A DNA stretch of 35,266 nt, from positions 1-35,266 of the forward strand of contig JAITIS010000095.1 in the NCBI GenBank assembly GCA_031279305.1, given 5' to 3'. The notes beneath the pieces are model-generated. The model saw only the letters and a program-made list of their open reading frames with translations. It searched no databases and was not told the origin of the DNA. The translations under genes and the position numbers were made by a program. Source of the stretch: Candidatus Margulisiibacteriota bacterium (GTDB taxonomy: Bacteria > Margulisbacteria > Termititenacia > Termititenacales > Termititenacaceae). This document shows positions 20,263-27,589 of this stretch, one piece after another. Every line of letters starts with the position of its first letter. The stretch's first letter is position 1.

Positions 20263-20526
20263 TTTATCCACCAGTTATACACAGGCTCCCGCGCGGACGT
20301 CACGGCGCCAACAAGCCCATTCGGGGCTTATTAGTCCTTTTCCCTGCCAGCGCCAGCAAAGACACTATCTATATGGTTTATCATATCAACAAATCTGCAT
20401 ATATAGTGTTCAAAAATTTTAACAATTCTTAGATATTTTTTAATTAGCGAAGTATATCCACTATATTTTCAACAAGTTATACACATAGCAAACCAGATAG
20501 TATTTTTAGCCTTTGTTCCCCTAAAT
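20263..20526. other. Candidate replication origin (oriC) or DnaA-box cluster
   Basis: Same-strand DnaA boxes TTATCCACC (20264), TTATACACA (20275), ATATCCACT (20454), TTTTCAACA (20466), TTATACACA (20477) flank a very AT-rich core. Spot counts show G/C skew flipping across it. Confidence 0.65.
20313..20341 (+). terminator. Possible weak intrinsic terminator after ispE
   Basis: AAGCCC-ATTCG-GGGCTT hairpin followed by an imperfect T-rich tail. Confidence 0.35.
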
Positions 20527-21486
20527 CTAACAAATTTGCAGCTCATCCGGGATGGTCAGGCCTTGTTGCAAAATATCCTGTCTGCTTTGCTCAAAAGAAT
20601 AAAAGACCTGATCCGTAAAAGAGCGGTATTCGAAAAAACCCGAACGGCCTCGGAAACCGCGCGGATCAGCCGCGCAGAGTCGGCGGTACAGCCGCTGGGA
20701 CAAAACCGCCAGCAGCACCGCGCGCAAAAGATACTCCGCTATGCCCAGATCCAGCAGGCGGGCAAAGGCTTCCTGCGTGTCGCGCGTATGCAGCGTGGCC
20801 AATACCAGATGTCCGGTTAGCGCGGCGCGCACCGCTATCCGCGCCGTAATCTCATCGCGGATCTCCCCGATAAAAATAATATCCGGGTCCTGCCTGAGCA
20901 CCGCGCGCAGCACGGAGGCAAAATCCAGCTCGCGGGCGGCGTTGATCTGCACCTGATTGATGCCCGGCAGCTGGTATTCGATCGGGTCTTCAATAGTGAC
21001 AATGTTTTTCTGCGCGCAGTCTAATAATTTCAGCAGAGAATACAGCGTGGTCGTCTTGCCGGAGCCGGTAGGTCCGGTCACCAGCAGCAGCCCCGCCGGC
21101 CGCCGGATATTCGCACGCAGAGAAACCAGCGCCGGCCCCGGCAGACCCAGCTCGCTCAGCGTGAGGCGCAGGGTGGAGCTTAAAATCCGTAGCACTATTT
21201 TTTCTCCCTGAAAGACCGGCATTACCGCCAGACGCACATCTCTCTCTTTGTAAGTAAAACGCCCGTCCTGCAGGCCATAGCGGTTGGTGTCCAATCCGGC
21301 CATAATTTTGAGCCGGGTGAAAAACTGTTCTCTGGCCGGCAAAGAATAGGTGCGCCAGAGTCTGAGCAGACCGTCCTCGCGGTAGCGCACCCGAAAAAAA
21401 TCCCGGAAAGTCTCAATATGCACATCCGAAATATCTGCGGACAGGCAGTTGTCGAGCATCTCATTTATCTCTTTAACCGGATTCAC
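20527..21486 (-). CDS. Short GspE/PilB/ComGA-family secretion ATPase
   Basis: SDVHIE, GEKIVLRIL, Walker A TGPTGSGKTT, TIEDPIEY, LRQDPDIIFIGEIRD, TGHLVLATLH; only 319 aa, no N-terminal extension. Confidence 0.88.
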   Translation of the reverse strand: MNPVKEINEMLDNCLSADISDVHIETFRDFFRVRYREDGLLRLWRTYSLPAREQFFTRLKIMAGLDTNRYGLQDGRFTYKERDVRLAVMPVFQGEKIVLRILSSTLRLTLSELGLPGPALVSLRANIRRPAGLLLVTGPTGSGKTTTLYSLLKLLDCAQKNIVTIEDPIEYQLPGINQVQINAARELDFASVLRAVLRQDPDIIFIGEIRDEITARIAVRAALTGHLVLATLHTRDTQEAFARLLDLGIAEYLLRAVLLAVLSQRLYRRLCAADPRGFRGRSGFFEYRSFTDQVFYSFEQSRQDILQQGLTIPDELQIC

Positions 21487-21502
21487 GGCTTAAAAACCGC
21501 AA

Positions 21503-21526
21503 AAAATATGCCAGCTGGCATATTTT
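21503..21526. promoter_or_regulatory. Perfect 24-bp palindrome (putative operator) in a divergent promoter region
   Basis: AAAATATGCCAG|CTGGCATATTTT; overlaps the expected -35 position of the TATAAT at 21540-21545. Confidence 0.6.
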
Positions 21527-21571
21527 CCCGGAATTGCGGTATAATACTTAATCTTTACTGCGAGGTGCGCA

Positions 21572-21745
21572 ATGCTGGTTTTGGTGATCGGTATTTGTAT
21601 GTCTTTAGGCTTATGGAGCGCTGTTTATCTGGGGTTCAAAGAAAAATACAGCGCCAGCGAAGGCACGTTAGCCCTGCTGGTTTTAGAAATTTTATTCCTG
21701 AGCAGCGGTTTAATTATTTACGGATTGGCCGGGCTGTTCCGCTAG
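21572..21745 (+). CDS. Small 57-aa two-TM membrane protein (below ORF-track cutoff)
   Basis: GAGGTG RBS; MLVLVIGICMSLGLWSAVYLGFKEKYSASEGTLALLVLEILFLSSGLIIYGLAGLFR*; TAG directly abuts the GH116 ATG. Confidence 0.75.
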   Translation: MLVLVIGICMSLGLWSAVYLGFKEKYSASEGTLALLVLEILFLSSGLIIYGLAGLFR

Positions 21746-24019
21746 ATGTCCGGGCAGTCCAGCATACCGGCCAGCGCCTATACTATTACGCTGGATAAAC
21801 TTAAACGGCTGAAACCACTCAAGCCCGGAGCGGCTTTTCCAATGATAAACACGTTTCCGCACGGCAGTCCGCTAGGCGGATTCGGCGCCGGCACTTTCAG
21901 CCGCAGTCCTTATGGAGATTTCAACATCTGGCATCTTTTTCCCGGCGTGCATATTGAAAAAAATCTGGAGCACTGCGCGCTGGTTATCCGGCGTCAGAGC
22001 CGGAAAAAAATCCGGGTTCAGCCGCTTTCACTGAAAGACACTATCTGGGGCGGACAGCAATTAAATCCTAAAAAATGCGTATATTCCGCGCTTTACCCGC
22101 GCTCGTGGTATGTGTACCGCGAGCTGGATGTGACAGTGGAGCAGCACTCGCCGGTGCTGCCGCATAATTATAAAGAAACATCTTACCCGGTGGCTTGTTT
22201 CAATGTGCTGATAAACAACAGGCATTCCACGCCTGAGGAAGTATCCGTGTTGTTCTCCTGGCAAAACATCTTAGGTTTTGCTTATGAAGGCGGCGACAAT
22301 GCCGCGAAATATAAATTCCGCCCGCTTAAAACGCGCCGTTACAACGAGCGCTGTTCGGACTATGAATATCAGGGCATTTTGTTCAAGGCAGACAGTGCCG
22401 GCGGAGACGCTCTGGACGGAGAAATGTGTCTGGCCACGCGCGCGCCGGCCGGCGCGCGCGTGTCATTCTGCACGCAGTACGACGCGGAACAGCCGCCGGA
22501 TGTTGTCCGGGAGCCTTTCGCCACCCGCGGCGTCCTGCACGAGCGTGCATCTGTCGAATGCGCGTATCCCGCCGGGGCCATAGCCGTAAAAGCGCTGGTT
22601 AATCCGGGCGAGACAGTGACCGTGCCTTTTGCGCTGGTCTGGGATATACCCCGCTGTCTGCGCGGACAGGTCGTCCGCTACTATACCAGATACTGGGGCG
22701 CTGGGGGCGGCAGCGCTTTTGCTCTGGCCAAAGACGCCTTGCAAAATCCGCGCGGGCCGGAAATCGCAAAATGGCAGAACGCTCTGGCGCGTAAAATGCC
22801 GGCTAGACTGGCCGGCGCGTTGTTTAACGAGCTGTACTATCTGGCTGACGGCGGTTCGCTCTGGGATGCGGAGAGCGGAATGTTTTCTTTGCTGGAATGT
22901 TTTGATTATCCTTTTTACGAAACGCTGGATGTGCGTTTTTACGGTTCTTTTCCGCTGGCCAAACTCTGGCCGGAGATCGAAAAAAGGATTATGCGCGAAT
23001 TTGGCCGGACGATTTTTCAGGAAGATGCGGTCAGAGTCACCTATCACGCGCAGGCGTCTGTGCTTAAAGACGTGGCGGTCAGCGGCGAACACAATAAAAA
23101 TTTTATCCAAAAAGACCTGCGCAAACGCCAATATGCTCTGCCGCACGATCTGGGCGCGCCGGACGAAAAACCGTGGGTCAAACTTAACGCCTACACTTGG
23201 CAAAACGCCAACCGCTGGAAAGATCTGAATTCTAAATATGTGCTGTTAGTCTACCGCGCTTATTATTACAGCGGCAAAAAAGACCGGGATTTCCTCGCCG
23301 CCCAGTGGCCGGGGCTGATCAAGGCCGTAGAATACCTGAACACTCTGGATACGGACGGGGACGGCTTGCCGGAAAACGAGCATTTTCCCGACCAGACCTT
23401 TGACAACTGGCTGATGCGCGGCACTTCGGCCTACTGCGGCATTCTGCGGCTGGCGGCTTTGCAGGCCGGAGTGCAGATCGCGGAGCTGCTGGCTGAAAAA
23501 GCGCAGGCCAAAGAATGGCGCCTGCTCTTAAAAAGAGCCAAAGACTCTCTTAATCAAAAACTCTGGAACGGCAGATATTTCCGTTTTGACGAAAATTCGG
23601 ACATCGTGATGGCCGCTCAGCTGACCGGACAGTGGTATCTGGAGCAGCTGCATCTGCCGTCTGTGCTGGAAGACTGGCAGATAGATGCCACGCTCAAGAA
23701 TGTGTACCGGCAGAATTTTCGGGGCGTCGCCGGCGGCCGCAGCGGATTGATTAATGGACGCACGAAGGACGGACGGCCTGTGGACACCAGACAGGGCAAC
23801 GACGCTTGGGTCGGCATCAATTACGCTTTTGCCTGTCATCTGCTCCTGCGCGGCCAGAAAACACGGGCGAAAAAGATCTTAAACCGCGCGCTAAACGCTC
23901 TGCAGTCCGGCGGTATGCTTTTCCGCACGCCGGAAGCTTGGAACGCCGGCAACCACACTTACATCGCCTCGATGTATATGCGCCCCGGAGTTATCTGGGC
24001 GCTGGCCGACTGGTGCTAA
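21746..24019 (+). CDS. GH116 beta-glucosidase / non-lysosomal glucosylceramidase (GBA2-like)
   Basis: GSPLGGFGAG, ALYPRSW, PHNYKETSYP, ALFNELYY, LECFDY..YETLDVRFYGS, PHDLG, WKDLNSK, PDQTFDNW, FRTPEA, YMRP; no signal peptide seen. Confidence 0.92.
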   Translation: MSGQSSIPASAYTITLDKLKRLKPLKPGAAFPMINTFPHGSPLGGFGAGTFSRSPYGDFNIWHLFPGVHIEKNLEHCALVIRRQSRKKIRVQPLSLKDTIWGGQQLNPKKCVYSALYPRSWYVYRELDVTVEQHSPVLPHNYKETSYPVACFNVLINNRHSTPEEVSVLFSWQNILGFAYEGGDNAAKYKFRPLKTRRYNERCSDYEYQGILFKADSAGGDALDGEMCLATRAPAGARVSFCTQYDAEQPPDVVREPFATRGVLHERASVECAYPAGAIAVKALVNPGETVTVPFALVWDIPRCLRGQVVRYYTRYWGAGGGSAFALAKDALQNPRGPEIAKWQNALARKMPARLAGALFNELYYLADGGSLWDAESGMFSLLECFDYPFYETLDVRFYGSFPLAKLWPEIEKRIMREFGRTIFQEDAVRVTYHAQASVLKDVAVSGEHNKNFIQKDLRKRQYALPHDLGAPDEKPWVKLNAYTWQNANRWKDLNSKYVLLVYRAYYYSGKKDRDFLAAQWPGLIKAVEYLNTLDTDGDGLPENEHFPDQTFDNWLMRGTSAYCGILRLAALQAGVQIAELLAEKAQAKEWRLLLKRAKDSLNQKLWNGRYFRFDENSDIVMAAQLTGQWYLEQLHLPSVLEDWQIDATLKNVYRQNFRGVAGGRSGLINGRTKDGRPVDTRQGNDAWVGINYAFACHLLLRGQKTRAKKILNRALNALQSGGMLFRTPEAWNAGNHTYIASMYMRPGVIWALADWC

Positions 24020-25514
24020 CCACGCACAGACGGCGCTTGTACAGCAGACGACGCCGCGGATAATCCGCCCGGTAATGCGCGCCCCGGCTCTCCCGGCGGC
24101 GCAAAGCGCCGGCTAGGCAAAGCCTGGCGCAGAGCAGCAGATTGCGCTCTGCCGGAGAGCCGGGCGTCAATCTATCTAGTTCCCGTCCGGCCTGTTCCAG
24201 ACCGGCGCGGTCGCGGATGATCCCGGCGCCCCGCCACATAATCTCTTGCAGAGCCGCGCGGATGCCGGACGGTTTGTCTATTTTAATTTCCGGTATTTCC
24301 GCCGGGCGGCGCAAAACGCCGCGGAAGCGCAAAGCCGTCTCCGCCGCGCGCCGGCCAAAGACCAGCCCCTCCAGCAGGGAATTAGAGGCCAGCCGGTTGG
24401 CTCCGTGCAGGCCAGCCGACGCGCATTCGCCGCAGGCCAAAAGCCCCGGTATGCTGGTCCGGGCGTGAATATCCGCGGCGATGCCGCCCATCGCATAATG
24501 CGCCGCCGGCACCACCGGCACTAAATCTTTGGCGATATTGATGCCCAGTGTCCGGCATTGCCTGTATATGGCAGGGAAACGCCCGCGCGGATCTACCGCG
24601 GCGGTGGTGAAATCCAGCAGCACGTGATCGGCGTTGGTTTTTCGCATTTCCGCCACGCTCGCTCTGGCGACTATATCGCGCGGCGCCAGCTCGGCCAGCG
24701 GATGATAATCCGGCATAAAACGCCGGCGCAGGACATTGCGCAGCACGGCGCCCTCGCCGCGCACCGCTTCGGAGATCAAAAATTGCTGGCCGGCGGCGCC
24801 GGTGTGCAGCGCCGTCGGGTGAAACTGCACAAACTCCATATCGCGTATCCGCGCGCCGGCGCGGCAGGCCAGCGCGATGCCGTCGCCGGACAGCTCTGGA
24901 GGATTGGTATTATGCTTAAATATCTGCACATAGCCGCCGGTGGCGAGAATAGCGCAGCGCGCCAGCACGGCGAACTGTTCATTTTTTTTATTCAAGAAAA
25001 CAGCGCCGGCGCAGACGCCGTGCGCCAGCAGCAGTTCCAGACATTGCGTCTCCGGGTACACGGTCAGCCGTCCCCGCTGATTTTTTTGCAAATACTGCGC
25101 CATACCGCGCTCGACTTCCGCGCCGGTAGAATCCCCGGCGTGCAATATCCGGCGGTGAGAATGCGCCGCTTCCCGGCCCAGCGCCAGCCCCCGCTCGTCG
25201 CGGTCAAAAAACACGCCCATATTAAGCAGTTCCGCCGCCGCCGGTATGCCCTGCCTGACCAGCGTGCGCACAGCCCGGCGGTCGCACAGCCCGGCGCCGG
25301 CATACAGCGTGTCCAGATAATGCGCGCGCGGACTGTCCAGCCGGTCCAAAGCCACGGCGATGCCGCCCTGCGCCAGCTGGGTGGCGCTGATATTGGGCGC
25401 GCCTTTGTGCGCCAGCGCGACGGCGCCGCCTCTGACCGCCCGGATCGCGGCAGATAGACCGGCCACGCCCGCGCCGATGATCAGCGTGTCGGCCTCGTAA
25501 ATTTTATTTATCAT
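23991..25514 (-). CDS. nadB: L-aspartate oxidase
   Basis: IIGAGVAG FAD motif, AQGGIA, REAAHS..RILH, EFVQFHPT, SEAVRGEG, ELAPRDIV, HYAMGG, HGANRLASNSLLEG, ESRGAH. Start ATG 25514. Confidence 0.95.
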   Translation of the reverse strand: MINKIYEADTLIIGAGVAGLSAAIRAVRGGAVALAHKGAPNISATQLAQGGIAVALDRLDSPRAHYLDTLYAGAGLCDRRAVRTLVRQGIPAAAELLNMGVFFDRDERGLALGREAAHSHRRILHAGDSTGAEVERGMAQYLQKNQRGRLTVYPETQCLELLLAHGVCAGAVFLNKKNEQFAVLARCAILATGGYVQIFKHNTNPPELSGDGIALACRAGARIRDMEFVQFHPTALHTGAAGQQFLISEAVRGEGAVLRNVLRRRFMPDYHPLAELAPRDIVARASVAEMRKTNADHVLLDFTTAAVDPRGRFPAIYRQCRTLGINIAKDLVPVVPAAHYAMGGIAADIHARTSIPGLLACGECASAGLHGANRLASNSLLEGLVFGRRAAETALRFRGVLRRPAEIPEIKIDKPSGIRAALQEIMWRGAGIIRDRAGLEQAGRELDRLTPGSPAERNLLLCARLCLAGALRRRESRGAHYRADYPRRRLLYKRRLCVVSTSRPAPR

Positions 25515-25539
25515 AGGGTTTAGTGTATCATATCTCTCT
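25515..25539. promoter_or_regulatory. Overlapping divergent -10 elements for nadB and ugd (leaderless)
   Basis: Only 25 bp between the two ATGs. Minus strand TGA-TACACT 7 nt before nadB ATG; plus strand TATCAT 8 nt before ugd ATG; no SD sequence on either strand. Confidence 0.6.
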
Positions 25540-26847
25540 ATGAAACTTTGCGTGATCGGCACCGGCTATGTGGGACTGGTGGACGGCACCTGTTTTGCCG
25601 AAACCGGCAACGAAGTGGTTTGCGTGGACACCAATCAGGCCAAGATCGAAGCGCTGTTAGCCGGACGGCTGCCTATTTACGAGCCGGGGCTGGACGCGCT
25701 GGTCAAAAAAAATACGGAACGCGGACGTTTGTTTTTTTCCACCGATGTCAAAAACGCCGTGCGGAATGCGGAGATCTGCTTCATCTCGGTGGGCACGCCG
25801 CCCGGCGAGGACGGATCGGCGGATCTGCGCTATGTGCTGGCCGCGGCGCGCTCCATCGGGGAAAATCTCAACGGCTACAAAGTCATCGTGGACAAATCCA
25901 CCGTGCCGGTCGGCACCGCGGACAGAGTGCGGGAGACTATCGCCGCGCTGACCAAGCAGCCTTTTGACGTCGTGTCCAATCCGGAGTTTCTCAAAGAAGG
26001 CGCGGCGGTGGAAGATTTCCTCAAGCCTGACCGCATAATCATCGGCGCGGACAGCGACCGGGCTTTTGCCCTGCTAGAAAAACTTTACGCGCCGTTTGTG
26101 CGGATCAACGCGGCGATCATCAGGATGTCTGCCCGTTCGGCGGAAATGACCAAATACGCAGCCAACGCGATGTTAGCCACGCGCATTTCTTTTATGAATG
26201 ATCTGGCCAATCTCTGCGAGCTGGTGGACGCCGACATCGATATGGTGCGCCGGGGGCTGGGGTCTGATTCGCGCATAGGCAAAAGATTTTTATTCCCCGG
26301 CATCGGCTACGGCGGCTCGTGTTTTCCCAAAGACGTCAAGGCTATCATCCGCACGGCCGCAGAAAATAATTACCGGCTGGAGCTTTTGCAGGCGGTGGAA
26401 AACGTCAATGAGCGGCAGAGGCAGGCGCTGGTTAAAAAAATCAAACAGCATTACGGCGATGGGCTGTCCGGCAAAAAATTCGCGGTGTGGGGGCTAGCTT
26501 TCAAGCCGCAGACTGACGATGTGCGCGAGGCGCCGGCCGTCAGTATTATCCGGGAGCTGCTAAAAGCCGGCGCGCGCATCAGCGCCAGCGATCCAGAAGC
26601 GCTGGAGGAGTCCCGCAAAATTTTTGGCGAAAAGATCGAGTATCAGGCCGATAACTACGCCGCGCTCAACGGCGCGGACGCCCTGCTGATCCTCACCGAA
26701 TGGCGGGAATACCGCGAGCCGGATTTCACGCGCCTCAAAAAAGAATTAAAAACCCCGCTCATCTTTGACGGGCGGAATATTTACAGCCCGGCGCTGATGC
26801 GGGAGCAGGGATTTGCTTATTATTCTATAGGCCGGAAAAAAGTTTAA
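25540..26847 (+). CDS. ugd: UDP-glucose 6-dehydrogenase
   Basis: IGTGYVG, PIYEPGL, KSTVPVGT, SNPEFLKEG, KYAANAMLA, GYGGSCFPKD, GLAFKPQTDD.RE, FDGRN. Confidence 0.95.
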   Translation: MKLCVIGTGYVGLVDGTCFAETGNEVVCVDTNQAKIEALLAGRLPIYEPGLDALVKKNTERGRLFFSTDVKNAVRNAEICFISVGTPPGEDGSADLRYVLAAARSIGENLNGYKVIVDKSTVPVGTADRVRETIAALTKQPFDVVSNPEFLKEGAAVEDFLKPDRIIIGADSDRAFALLEKLYAPFVRINAAIIRMSARSAEMTKYAANAMLATRISFMNDLANLCELVDADIDMVRRGLGSDSRIGKRFLFPGIGYGGSCFPKDVKAIIRTAAENNYRLELLQAVENVNERQRQALVKKIKQHYGDGLSGKKFAVWGLAFKPQTDDVREAPAVSIIRELLKAGARISASDPEALEESRKIFGEKIEYQADNYAALNGADALLILTEWREYREPDFTRLKKELKTPLIFDGRNIYSPALMREQGFAYYSIGRKKV

Positions 26848-26892
26848 TAGTCAAACCCGGCAAAATCATCTAAAATATTTTTCCAATGGCGC

Positions 26893-26967
26893 GGCCTCAT
26901 CGTCTAATGGTCAGGACACGAGATTCTCAATCTCGCAATAGGGGTTCGATTCCCCTTGAGGCTGCCA
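26893..26967 (+). tRNA. tRNA-Glu (anticodon CTC), CCA encoded
   Basis: Acceptor stem GGCCTCA/TGAGGCT; anticodon arm CGAGA-TTCTCAA-TCTCG; T arm AGGGG-TTCGATT-CCCCT; 3' GCCA. Confidence 0.95.
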
Positions 26968-26970
26968 CCG

Positions 26971-26991
26971 CGTGAAACAAATTGTTTCACG
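26971..26991. repeat. 21-bp inverted repeat made of two parS-like half-sites
   Basis: CGTGAAACAA-A-TTGTTTCACG just downstream of tRNA-Glu. Confidence 0.6.
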
Positions 26992-27002
26992 GATAATCGC
27001 GG

Positions 27003-27578
27003 TTAATACCAGCTCTCCTCCAGCACATTTGTGATCTTCTGTTTCATTATGGCGATCAGCTGCCGGCCGGCGTTTATAATCTCCCGCTCTTTTGCGGCGG
27101 CGGCGGCGAGTTTCCGCTGTATCTCCAGCGCGGGGAGAGGAATTTTTATCCGAGCAATTCTGGCCAGGGCTAATTTAGGAATGCCGGCGCCTTTGGCAAA
27201 ACTTTTGATTTGCTCCTGACTGTCCGTATTCTGCAGAATATATGCCAAAAAATTTTTATCTAGCGCGGCCTTATTTTTAATAACCAATTTGGCGGCGTTT
27301 TCCGTCAAAGATTTTCCATCTAATTCCCGCGGCACGGTGCCCGTCACGCCAATTGTTCCCGCTATAGACATATAGACATCTTCTTGCGAAATAGTATATT
27401 TTCGGATCCGCGCAAAAACATCCCCGGAAATATATTTCACTTTCGACAAATTGATTGTTCCATTCATAAAATCAACAACCCTAATATACGGGTATTCCGT
27501 GACCACGCCTGAAAATGTTTTGCCTCGGGGAATTCTTTTGCCGCCCTTAATTTCGCAAATCTCGCCTAATTCCACCAA
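27003..27578 (-). CDS. hsdS: Half HsdS (single TRD2); its frame is open upstream to the (AG)10 tract
   Basis: LGEICEIKGGKRIP, YPYIRV, MSIAGTIG, IKIPLPALEIQRK. Same frame upstream reads FGYSLRKLNNAR with no stop back to the repeat. Confidence 0.85.
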   Translation of the reverse strand: MVELGEICEIKGGKRIPRGKTFSGVVTEYPYIRVVDFMNGTINLSKVKYISGDVFARIRKYTISQEDVYMSIAGTIGVTGTVPRELDGKSLTENAAKLVIKNKAALDKNFLAYILQNTDSQEQIKSFAKGAGIPKLALARIARIKIPLPALEIQRKLAAAAAKEREIINAGRQLIAIMKQKITNVLEESWY

Positions 27579-27589
27579 GCGCGCATTGT

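Noticed and set aside
20263-20526. CRISPR array or tandem repeat explaining the 32-bp periodicity
   Set aside because: Units share only a short degenerate core, not identical repeats; no cas genes in the window.
9045-24019. Overlaps of convergent gene ends (DUF192/cpaA, recN/lpxB, tyrS/LEA, GH116/nadB)
   Set aside because: Short overlaps (4-29 bp) are explained by genome compaction; no evidence of a dedicated antisense function.
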